Notes: generated by a model from the sequence alone, not told the origin. Positions 16,243 to 24,590 are shown, numbered from the stretch's first letter. The stretch: DNA of 31,931 bases from Minisyncoccia bacterium (GCA_041589935.1 JBFHUT010000001.1:1-31931); one strand, 5' to 3'. Numbers and translations: made by a program.

Positions 16243-18378
16243 ATGAAGTCACAATCTTTTTCTTTAGACCTTGCCGGCAAAACTTTAACGGCAGAATTTT
16301 CTGATCTTACCGCACACGCTAATGGTTCAGTTTTACTACGCTATGGCGAGACCGCAATCCTGGTCACGGCAGTAATGGGAGATCGTGAGAACACCGGCAT
16401 GAACTACTTTCCGCTATCAGTAGAATTCGAAGAGAAATTTTATGCTGCCGGACAAATCCTCGGTAGCCGTTTCCAGCGTCGTGAAGGAAGGCCGAGTGAC
16501 GAGGCGATTCTATCAGCACGCATCGTTGATCGTACCATCCGACCACTCTTTAACCAGCAGATTAGAAATGATGTGCAGGTAATCATTACCGTTCTAGCAA
16601 TTGGTGAGGATGATCCGGATGTACTCGGTGTGATTGGCGCATCACTCGCTCTGTCAGTTTCAGACATCCCTTGGCGTGGACCAGTGGGCGCTGTTCGCAT
16701 TGCACGCAACAAAGAAACGGGACAAATTATTTTCAATCCAACCTACACTGAACGCTCAGAAAACCTGCTCGACTTTGAGGTTCTGGCTTGTGGTAAAGAC
16801 CAAACCATTAACATGATCGAGACCGCTTCGGAAGAGGTGAGCGAGGGAGACATCATGTCGGTACTAGAAGCCTCAATACAAATTCACCAACAGCTTGAGA
16901 TTTGGCAAAAGGAAATTATCGCAGTAGTCGGGAAAGAAAAAAGACCAGAACCAATTCGAGAAATTCCGACCGCTCTCCAAGAGCTGTTTGATTCTTCTTT
17001 TAGACAAAAACTTTCAGACGTGCTGTTTTCTAACACTGCTGGCAAATCTCACATCTATGAACTTAAAGCTGAGTTTATGTTAGCGATAAAAGCAGCAGAA
17101 CTAGATGAAATTATTGCCGGAGACTTCTTCGAAGAAGCAATCGACACTGAACTTCATCGTGGTGCCATCGAAGATGGTAAGCGAGCTGACGGTCGAGGTA
17201 TGGACGAAGTCAGGTCGCTCTACGCTCAAGCTGGCGGAGTTTCTCCGGTGCTGCACGGTTCCGGTATTTTCTATCGTGGCGGCACTCACATCTTTTCAGC
17301 TCTGACTCTGGGAGGACCGGAAGCAGCCCAGATGATCGACACGATCGAATCATCAGATTTCAAAAAGCGCTTCATGCACCACTACAACTTTCCACCATTT
17401 TCAGTGGGGGAGACTGGTCGGGTTGGCGGTTTCAATCGTCGCATGATCGGACATGGGGCTCTGGCTGAAAAAGCCCTGGCACCTGTAATTCCTACTCAGG
17501 CAGATTTTCCGTACACAATTCGACTCGTTTCAGAAACACTTTCAAGTAATGGATCGAGTTCGATGGGTTCGGTTTGTGCCTCGACTTTAGCACTAATGGA
17601 TGGAGGAGTTCCAATCACCAAACCAGTTGCCGGTATTGCTTCGGGAGTAATGATTAAAGGTGAACAATTCAAACTTCTTACCGACATCCAGGGACCAGAA
17701 GACGAATTTGGTGACATGGATTTTAAGGTAGCTGGCACAACTGAAGGTGTTACCGCTATCCAGATGGACGTAAAAGTGGATGGAGTGCCACTTCATATAT
17801 TAGAGGGAGCACTGGAGAAAGCCCGCTTAGCCAGACTTCAGATTATAGAAGTGATAACCAGTGAAATTGCTGCTCCACGACCAAATATTTCTTCCCGTGC
17901 ACCAGAGATAGTCGTTCTCAAGATTCTCCCAGAACAAATTGGTCTCGTAATCGGCGGCGGGGGCAAGACCATAAACAGCATTAAAGATGACACGGGTGTC
18001 GAGGAAATTACCATCGAGGAAGATGGTACTGTATACATTACTGGCAAGAATGGTTCCGCTGTAGCCGCTGCCGATCGTATCCGCGCTCTGACCAAAGTCT
18101 ATGAGGTGGGAGAACGAGTCGAAGCAACCATCATTAGACTCGCGACTTTTGGCGCCTTTGCCAAGCTTGACGCTTTTAATGAGGGACTTATTCACATTTC
18201 AGAAATCGCACCCTTCAGACTAGAAAAAATGGACGGTGTGCTTAAGGAAGGTGAGGTAGTACCGGTAGTAATATCGAAGGTGGAAGACGGTAAAATCGGC
18301 CTTTCAATCAAACAAGCAGATCCTGATTTTGCTCAAAAACGTGGCCTGACACCACCAACCAAAACTGACAAAAAATAG
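16243..18378 (+). CDS. pnp: Polyribonucleotide nucleotidyltransferase (PNPase)
   Basis: Two RNase PH domains (FQRREGRPS, RRMIGHGALAEKAL, SNGSSSMGSVC, DMDFKVAG), KH domain (IGGGGKTI) and S1 domain. Confidence 0.97.
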   Translation: MKSQSFSLDLAGKTLTAEFSDLTAHANGSVLLRYGETAILVTAVMGDRENTGMNYFPLSVEFEEKFYAAGQILGSRFQRREGRPSDEAILSARIVDRTIRPLFNQQIRNDVQVIITVLAIGEDDPDVLGVIGASLALSVSDIPWRGPVGAVRIARNKETGQIIFNPTYTERSENLLDFEVLACGKDQTINMIETASEEVSEGDIMSVLEASIQIHQQLEIWQKEIIAVVGKEKRPEPIREIPTALQELFDSSFRQKLSDVLFSNTAGKSHIYELKAEFMLAIKAAELDEIIAGDFFEEAIDTELHRGAIEDGKRADGRGMDEVRSLYAQAGGVSPVLHGSGIFYRGGTHIFSALTLGGPEAAQMIDTIESSDFKKRFMHHYNFPPFSVGETGRVGGFNRRMIGHGALAEKALAPVIPTQADFPYTIRLVSETLSSNGSSSMGSVCASTLALMDGGVPITKPVAGIASGVMIKGEQFKLLTDIQGPEDEFGDMDFKVAGTTEGVTAIQMDVKVDGVPLHILEGALEKARLARLQIIEVITSEIAAPRPNISSRAPEIVVLKILPEQIGLVIGGGGKTINSIKDDTGVEEITIEEDGTVYITGKNGSAVAAADRIRALTKVYEVGERVEATIIRLATFGAFAKLDAFNEGLIHISEIAPFRLEKMDGVLKEGEVVPVVISKVEDGKIGLSIKQADPDFAQKRGLTPPTKTDKK

Positions 18379-18425
18379 TGAAAAAGTGGTTTTGGATAGG
18401 GTAAAACCATGCGATACTAGAGCTA

Positions 18426-20144
18426 ATGGCTGTATCCCCTCATAACCAACCATCCAAGATCCGTACCTTCGCGGCAGATTTAGAAGCGGCTAGAGCCAAT
18501 CGATCAGAAGAAACTGAGCCGACAAGTACCGTAGTCGATGATAGAGCTAGTTCTTCAATCGGCAAAAAATCTAAAGAGCAAATTCCTAAAGCTAAGGCTC
18601 CAGCTGCGATGCCAACAGTAAAGCCAGTACCGAAACCCGCAACCACACCAGTCCCACCTAAACCAACCCAGTCAGAAACCGACAAGAAAGCAGTTACAAA
18701 AATTCCAGCTTTTCATGAACTGCAAAAGAAAACTTCGGAGATCGAACAAAATGAGCTAGAAAAACCCACACACAAAAAAAATCAAAATACTGAAGGGGTA
18801 TCTAAGGTACATCTAGGTAGCAGTGCGACGTTTATAACTGACACCAAAACCGACCGCTTCAAGCTTTTTCCGTCTATTATCTCTGCTATTAAGGGTTGGT
18901 TTAATATTCGATCAAAGAAGAAACAACTTAGTAAAGCACCTAAGTATGTAGTCCCTGAGACTAGTCGCCGTAAAGGAATCATTCAAAAGGCTACCTCGAA
19001 GTCAGGTGCCATCTTTACTGCCGACAACGAAGAGCTGCGAGAACGAATCAGACAACGACAACTTACTGCCGATAAAACGGTAGCTGTTTCCAATGATGAA
19101 CCCGAGATGACCTGGACTCCTTATACTGATACTGGCTTCTCTCTTTTGGAAGCACCTGATCAAGCCGAAGAGCCACTGACTCAAAATGTGGTGGTTGAAT
19201 ACAAAGCACAAAGAGGCGTTTCGGAGCCTGACACCGAAAAAACAGAAGTGGCAGAAGAAACTGAACAGCCAATACTAAACGAAGAAACAGTAGATACTAT
19301 TGAGGAAACTGGGACGGAAGAAGAAGCGCCTGATGAAAATGCTCTTGTATATAACAAGGATAACTCCGAAATAGCAGAAGAAATCGAAGAAGATGTACTT
19401 GAAGAAACGGCCAACGAATCAGAAGAAGAAACCTACCGTCAACCGACCGAGAGCTTTATCCCATCGTCTTATCGACTAGTCGACCGCGACACGAATACTC
19501 TCACAGTTATCGCCTTAATGATTGTAGTTGGCTTGGTTGTGCTTATTTTTGTATCAAAAATGGCTTTCCAGTATCTTGGAGAAAACGACAACCCAACCCA
19601 GCAAATAGCAGTGAATGAAACGACACTCTCAAACTCCACTATGGTAGAAACCACCATTTCTAACCTTAGAGGAAAGGTCCTCATTGACAGTCTGGGCCAG
19701 GTAATTGCAGACGCACCAGCTGGATTGATTGAGGTAATAATGACTAGGGAGGATGGTCAGGAAGTTTCTGCCCTCAATCTATTTGCTGCTCTAGACCTAA
19801 GAGCTTCGCTCAATCTCAAGCAAGCGACGACTCAAATTAGGCTAGCTTCAGTAAACCACGAGACTCCATCACTGTTACTAAACTTCACAGATCGCAACGC
19901 TCTCTACGCCGGACTCTTAGACTGGGAGGAAAATATGGCTCAAGATTTATCATACCTTTATGATACCGACGGCATTACCACCGAAACATTTACTGATGAA
20001 AAGGCCTCCGACATCGAAGTGAGAGTCTTGCGGACAACTAATAAAGAAGTGGTTGTCTATGGAATCATCGATGACAATACGGTCCTGATCTCAAACTCTC
20101 TGGCAGATTTTGCTCAGATTGTGGAGCTAGGATTTACCGACTAA
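18426..20144 (+). CDS. Large bitopic membrane protein of unknown function
   Basis: Disordered P/K/E-rich N-terminal region of about 350 aa, a single TM (LTVIALMIVVGLVVLIFV), and a folded C-terminal domain (AGLLDWEENM...FTDEK...VRVLR...YGIID). Confidence 0.75.
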   Translation: MAVSPHNQPSKIRTFAADLEAARANRSEETEPTSTVVDDRASSSIGKKSKEQIPKAKAPAAMPTVKPVPKPATTPVPPKPTQSETDKKAVTKIPAFHELQKKTSEIEQNELEKPTHKKNQNTEGVSKVHLGSSATFITDTKTDRFKLFPSIISAIKGWFNIRSKKKQLSKAPKYVVPETSRRKGIIQKATSKSGAIFTADNEELRERIRQRQLTADKTVAVSNDEPEMTWTPYTDTGFSLLEAPDQAEEPLTQNVVVEYKAQRGVSEPDTEKTEVAEETEQPILNEETVDTIEETGTEEEAPDENALVYNKDNSEIAEEIEEDVLEETANESEEETYRQPTESFIPSSYRLVDRDTNTLTVIALMIVVGLVVLIFVSKMAFQYLGENDNPTQQIAVNETTLSNSTMVETTISNLRGKVLIDSLGQVIADAPAGLIEVIMTREDGQEVSALNLFAALDLRASLNLKQATTQIRLASVNHETPSLLLNFTDRNALYAGLLDWEENMAQDLSYLYDTDGITTETFTDEKASDIEVRVLRTTNKEVVVYGIIDDNTVLISNSLADFAQIVELGFTD

Positions 20145-20160
20145 GATATACTTACATTCT

Positions 20161-20532
20161 ATGGATCAAACAGTAATTAAAGCTCGCCTTGATATGGAGC
20201 TTACAAAAATAATAGAAGAACTTAAAACTATAGCTGTGCAGAGCCCTGACACTGGCGACTGGGTAGCAATCCCTGATACAGATGAAATGGGAAACGCCGA
20301 CGAAAACGTCACTGCCGACACAGTAGAAGACTGGGATACTAAGCGAGCAACCCTTGCCTCACTCGAAACTCGCTACCGTGACATCGTGCGCGCACTCGAC
20401 AAGATCTCAGCTGGTACGTATGGTGTCTGTGAGATTAGCGGGGAAACAATAGAAACCGAAAGACTGGAAGCCAACCCTACCGCACGTACCAACATCGCTA
20501 ACCGCGACCGGGAGAGAGAACTCCCACTATAA
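20161..20532 (+). CDS. DksA/TraR-like protein lacking the 4-Cys zinc finger
   Basis: Coiled coil, ADENVTAD tip, ALDKISAGTYGVCEISGETIETERLEANPTART. Only one Cys. Confidence 0.75.
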   Translation: MDQTVIKARLDMELTKIIEELKTIAVQSPDTGDWVAIPDTDEMGNADENVTADTVEDWDTKRATLASLETRYRDIVRALDKISAGTYGVCEISGETIETERLEANPTARTNIANRDRERELPL

Positions 20533-20539
20533 TGTATCC

Positions 20540-22045
20540 ATGTCTGTCGCGCAGGTACACACCGTTCAACCAGATGTACTTAAAGGTACGGTCGTCACAA
20601 TAGAAGCAGATATTTCGCGTGGTCTCCACGCGTTTTCTGTGGTTGGTTTGGCTGGAAAGGCAGTCGACGAAGCGAAGGATCGAGTCAGTAGCGCAATTAA
20701 GCATTCGGGCTTTCAATCACCAAAATCTAAAAATCAGAAAGTGACGATATCATTATCACCGGCTGACCTTAAGAAAGAGGGTCCGCTATTTGATCTGCCG
20801 ATTGCAATCGCTTATCTCATCGCTGCTGGAGAAATAATTGAAAATGATACTAAGCGTATTTACATTGGTGAACTTGGACTCGATGGGGTACTGCGACCGA
20901 TAAAGGGGATTCTTAATGCGGTCATAACTGCCCAAGCGAGTGGCTATCGGGAAGTGATTGTACCAGTAGCCAACGCAGAAGAAGCAGCTCTAGTATCAGA
21001 AATAGCGATCATACCAGCTCATTCATTATCTGAAGTGATCGAACACATATCAACTAGTGAAACTACTCTACCCACCCAACCTGCCACCAAAATCGCTGAT
21101 GGCTGGTACGAAAGCGCTGTTACTCTCGAAGATATAAAGGGGCAGGAGAGTGCTAAGCGCGCTCTTATTATCGCCGCTGCTGGCAAGCATAATGTGATGT
21201 TGGTTGGACCACCCGGCACAGGCAAGACCATGCTGGCCCGAGCCCTTCGATCACTCCTGCCACCGCTCTCACGAGAAGAAGCTCTGGCGGTTACCGCCAT
21301 TCACTCATTGGTAGGAAATGGTCTTCAGATTTCTACCCGACCACCATTTCGCAGCCCACACCATACCGCTTCTCATACCGCACTCGTTGGCGGTGGCACC
21401 CACCCCAAACCAGGGGAAGTAACCCTAGCTCATCACGGCGTACTCTTTATGGATGAGTTTCCTGAGTTTGAAAGAAGGTCATTAGATGCACTACGTCAAC
21501 CCCTCGAGGATAAGATCGTCTCTATCTCTCGCGTACAAGGAACTGCCGAGTTTCCCGCTGACTTTATCTTGGTCGCTGCGCTAAACCCATACCGAGGCAC
21601 CGAGGACGGCACCACAAACTTAGCGCGAGCCATGCAAGAGACGTATAAAAACAAGGTGTCTGGACCAATCCTAGATCGCATCGACCTTTGGATAGAGGTG
21701 CCACACGTACCTTATGAAACCCTCACAAGCTTACGCAAGACAGCGGGAGAAACAGAGAAAGCGAGACAGCAAATCGTCTCCGCTCGTACACTTCAGCAAA
21801 GACGACTGCGAGATACTGTTACAAATACTAACGCTAGTATGTCTGCACGTGATATCGAAAAACTTATTGTTCTTGATAGCGACGTGAAGGATCTACTCAA
21901 AACTTCTAGCGAGAAATTGAACCTATCACCGCGCAGCTATCACCGCTTGATTAAAGTGTCTCGGACCATTGCGGATTTGGACGATTCATCAGATATCAAG
22001 ACATCGCATGTGTTGGAGGCTCTGCAGTACAGGGTCAGTTTGTAA
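20540..22045 (+). CDS. comM: ComM/YifB Mg-chelatase-like AAA+ ATPase
   Basis: VVGLAGKAVDEAKDRV, LKKEGPLFDLPIA, GPPGTGKT, FRSPHHTAS, PGEVTLAHHGVLFMDE, GPILDRIDL, LSPRSYHR. Confidence 0.93.
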   Translation: MSVAQVHTVQPDVLKGTVVTIEADISRGLHAFSVVGLAGKAVDEAKDRVSSAIKHSGFQSPKSKNQKVTISLSPADLKKEGPLFDLPIAIAYLIAAGEIIENDTKRIYIGELGLDGVLRPIKGILNAVITAQASGYREVIVPVANAEEAALVSEIAIIPAHSLSEVIEHISTSETTLPTQPATKIADGWYESAVTLEDIKGQESAKRALIIAAAGKHNVMLVGPPGTGKTMLARALRSLLPPLSREEALAVTAIHSLVGNGLQISTRPPFRSPHHTASHTALVGGGTHPKPGEVTLAHHGVLFMDEFPEFERRSLDALRQPLEDKIVSISRVQGTAEFPADFILVAALNPYRGTEDGTTNLARAMQETYKNKVSGPILDRIDLWIEVPHVPYETLTSLRKTAGETEKARQQIVSARTLQQRRLRDTVTNTNASMSARDIEKLIVLDSDVKDLLKTSSEKLNLSPRSYHRLIKVSRTIADLDDSSDIKTSHVLEALQYRVSL

Positions 22046-22089
22046 TAAAACACACCCTTTAATAATTATGAGGTTATAGGTGCTGATTT

Positions 22090-22119
22090 TTAGAACGGGT
22101 TCCTAGCGCCGCGGACCTA
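22090..22119 (-). repeat. Diverged direct copy of the last 30 nt of the LysM-M23 gene (22384-22413)
   Basis: 25/30 identical. Reads *VRGARNPF* versus EVRGASNPF* in the gene. Confidence 0.75.
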
Positions 22120-22146
22120 TTCTAAAGTAAAGTAGAGGCGGACAAG

Positions 22147-22190
22147 AAAAAACACCCGACTGGGGCTCGTGCTCCGGGAGGATGTTTTTT
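22147..22190. terminator. Probable bidirectional terminator between comM and LysM-M23
   Basis: AAAAAACA-CCCG...GGGGC-tcgt-GCTCC...GGG...TGTTTTTT. Confidence 0.5.
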
Positions 22191-22383
22191 GTAGTTCAAC
22201 AAAGTAATTTGCCTGGATATTTTGTAATAAGAACTCATTCTAAGATGAGCTGCACAACACAAGATGTTTTTTGTACTAGGGATTAATTTTAATCTGAAAG
22301 ACGAGGCGCGGAGTAAAATAATTACGAGACGTACTGAACGTACGACGAGTAATTATTTATACGATCGCAACAAAGTATTTCAA

Positions 22384-23364
22384 TTAAAATGGGTTGCTGG
22401 CGCCGCGGACCTCAAAGTGTAGGTGTGTCCCTGTCGACTTACCGGTACTTCCCATACCACCAATCACCTGACCTTGTGCGACGTAAGCGCCGACACCAAC
22501 ATCATTGCGCGCTAAGTGAGCATAGAGAGTCTGAGCGCCATTACTGTGCCTAACGACAATATATTGACCATAACCACCATTCCAACCAGAGCTCTTAGAT
22601 ACGATAACCTCTCCTGCTGCTGCTGCTCTAATAGCAGAACCATAACCACCAGCTAGATCTACCGCGTTGTAGCCGTGGATACCTTGGGTCTTAACCGAAC
22701 CTGGAGCTGGATGTGAGAAACCAGCTGACGATGCGCCACTACCAGACACACGTACTGGCTGCGCTGCTGAAGCCACTCGTACTGGCGCCATATGCATCGC
22801 GCCACCTGGAATAATAAGAGTATCTCCAACTGAAAGGTCGTCAGCAGAAGCCAGTTGGTTGTATGAGAGAATCTCATCTACGTCACCTTCGTACTTCTTA
22901 GCAATCGTGCTGATAGTGTCACCACTTTTTACAATGTGACGCACACCAGCAATCGGCAAAATAACAAGGGTGTCACCAGGTTGAATACGAGTAGCCTTGG
23001 TAATGTCGTTAGCCCACATAATTGTGTTGGTGGTGACACCAAACATTTCTGCAATCTGGGAAAGAGAATCGCCCTGACGTACAGTGTAAACACGAATTTC
23101 TCCCATGCCGGTCTTTTGCTCGGCAATTTCGTCTTCACCCACCGGTCCAGTCGAAACCAAGACATTCTCCTCCACTAATATTTCGGCTCCGCCGCGGGCG
23201 TTCATTGGGTTAGGGTGCTGGAGAGCCGTCAAAAGGGGAGTATCAGCCGCAGTAAGACCGACTGAAGTTGGGGCAGTTGCGGTCTCTGCTTCAGCTTTAG
23301 TGAAAAATTTTGCAAAAAAACCAGCGTGTACTGAAAAAGGTACCGCTATGATAACAAGCAACAC
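22384..23364 (-). CDS. Secreted LysM (x2) plus M23 peptidoglycan endopeptidase
   Basis: Signal peptide ending SVHA. LysM repeats YTVRQGDSLSQIA and HIVKSGDTISTIA. M23 motifs HGYNAVD, YAHL and HLHFE. Confidence 0.92.
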   Translation of the reverse strand: MLLVIIAVPFSVHAGFFAKFFTKAEAETATAPTSVGLTAADTPLLTALQHPNPMNARGGAEILVEENVLVSTGPVGEDEIAEQKTGMGEIRVYTVRQGDSLSQIAEMFGVTTNTIMWANDITKATRIQPGDTLVILPIAGVRHIVKSGDTISTIAKKYEGDVDEILSYNQLASADDLSVGDTLIIPGGAMHMAPVRVASAAQPVRVSGSGASSAGFSHPAPGSVKTQGIHGYNAVDLAGGYGSAIRAAAAGEVIVSKSSGWNGGYGQYIVVRHSNGAQTLYAHLARNDVGVGAYVAQGQVIGGMGSTGKSTGTHLHFEVRGASNPF

Positions 23365-23528
23365 TGCTAGTTCACCAATAATGCGTGTTGGAGTTGCTGT
23401 TAATGTCCTGATATATGTAGACCGATGATTCGATTTACCAGTAGTATCATCGGTGTCTTGTGAATAAGGTTGAATAGACTGTTGTTAAGTCGCGCCGCCG
23501 TTCTTCCGTTACGTCCGTACTTGAAATG

Positions 23529-23609
23529 AAAAAGAGCAGGGTTATTGCTCCGTTTCGCACCAACCACTTGGTACGCAGACTATTGTACTAGAGGAAACCT
23601 GATAGGCAA
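23529..23609 (-). promoter_or_regulatory. Promoter and terminator-containing leader of LysM-M23
   Basis: TTGCCT (23604-23609), 16 nt, TACAAT (23582-23587). Then hairpin CGTACCA/TGGTGCG and terminator GAGCA/TGCTC plus U5. Confidence 0.5.
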
Positions 23610-23682
23610 TTGACGAAATACACTTTTCTCGCGGACTAGTGAATAAGTTGTATGGCCCTTAAACAAAGCCCTGTAATTGACC

Positions 23683-23710
23683 TTGACGAAAGTTTTGAGA
23701 ATGGTAAAGT
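23683..23710 (+). promoter_or_regulatory. sigma70 promoter of the GNAT leader
   Basis: TTGACG (23683-23688), 16 nt including TG, TAAAGT (23705-23710). Confidence 0.65.
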
Positions 23711-23716
23711 TTTTTT

Positions 23717-23854
23717 ATGTCTCAATTTGCACACAAATATAAGGATTTTGTCCCAGCCGGATTAGGGTGTGTTTTTGTGGTGTCGCCAGATATGTTTAAC
23801 GACACCCGAATCTCAACCTCTTATAACTGTAGGCAACTTGGTTTAACGACGTAA
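23717..23854 (+). CDS. Candidate 45-aa leader peptide (not in the ORF track)
   Basis: The ATG sits at the predicted +1. Translated by hand: MSQFAHKYKDFVPAGLGCVFVVSPDMFNDTRISTSYNCRQLGLTT*. Confidence 0.4.
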   Translation: MSQFAHKYKDFVPAGLGCVFVVSPDMFNDTRISTSYNCRQLGLTT

Positions 23855-23877
23855 ACTCCAACCGAATTTATTTCCTT

Positions 23878-23916
23878 AAAGCAGCTTGCCTCCGGGTCAG
23901 CTGCTTTTGTTCTTTT
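23878..23916 (+). terminator. Attenuator-type terminator upstream of the GNAT gene
   Basis: AAAGCAGCT-TGCC-tccg-GGTC-AGCTGCTTT then TGTTCTTTT. Lies upstream of the gene's SD. Confidence 0.65.
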
Positions 23917-23940
23917 CAAACCCAACAAAGGAGAGTGGTT

Positions 23941-24543
23941 ATGAGTAACGATATTATCTGGCGTAAAGGGAAGTTGGTTATCCTGCGACCCTTAAATGAA
24001 GTCGACGTGCCTCTGTGTCAACAAAACATCAATGATCCAGAAAACAGCCGGTTCTTGATGCTCACCGGGCCTATCGGTCTGTTACAGGAAATGGAATGGT
24101 ATAAACGGAGTTCTACCAGCAACCCGAGTCACGTTAGTGCGGTCATCTGTACTCACGACGGAAATTTTATTGGTCATATAGGTATGGATATCGACTTTGC
24201 TCGAGGCTGCGCCATAACCGGTACCCTGATTGGTAAGAAGCATCAAGGTAAGGGCTATGGGACTGACGCTAAGATGCTAATCTTAGACTACGCCTTCAAT
24301 TGGCTCGGCTTAAGAAAAGTCACCTCTAAGATCATCGACTTCAATGGTCGTAGTCAAAGCTATGCCAAGAAGTGTGGCTACCGCCAGGTCGCCACCTTGC
24401 CAAAAGAACACTTTAGGCTCGGGAAGTGGCGAGATACGTTGATCTACATGGTCTTTCGCGAGGAGTGGCTAAAAGTGTGGGAAGACTATACTAAGGACTG
24501 GACTCCGGAGTGGGAAGATGAGGAAGGCTTAGATTTAAGTTAA
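23941..24543 (+). CDS. GNAT acetyltransferase, RimJ/RimL (Acetyltransf_3) family
   Basis: LRPLNEVD, FIGHIG, HQGKGYGTDA, YAFNWLGLRKV, N.RS...KKCGY. SD AAAGGAG; start ATG 23941 or GTG 23935. Confidence 0.88.
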   Translation: MSNDIIWRKGKLVILRPLNEVDVPLCQQNINDPENSRFLMLTGPIGLLQEMEWYKRSSTSNPSHVSAVICTHDGNFIGHIGMDIDFARGCAITGTLIGKKHQGKGYGTDAKMLILDYAFNWLGLRKVTSKIIDFNGRSQSYAKKCGYRQVATLPKEHFRLGKWRDTLIYMVFREEWLKVWEDYTKDWTPEWEDEEGLDLS

Positions 24544-24558
24544 GTCGACCGGACACTG

Positions 24559-24590
24559 GCCGGCGCGAACTTCGTTCGCGCCGGCTTTTT
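24559..24590 (+). terminator. Intrinsic terminator
   Basis: GCCGGCGCGAAC-ttc-GTTCGCGCCGGC plus TTTTT. Confidence 0.88.

Noticed and set aside
22182-22286. 34-aa ORF (MFFVVQQ...) as a type I toxin
   Set aside because: The GGAGG directly abuts the ATG with no spacing, the start lies within a terminator U-tract, and the peptide is not a TM helix.
22181-22377. CRISPR mini-array
   Set aside because: The repeats are 10-13 nt, of two different types, irregularly spaced, and there are no cas genes.
22090-22413. DGR template/variable repeat pair
   Set aside because: The repeat is only 30 nt, the differences are not adenine-specific, and there is no reverse transcriptase in the window.
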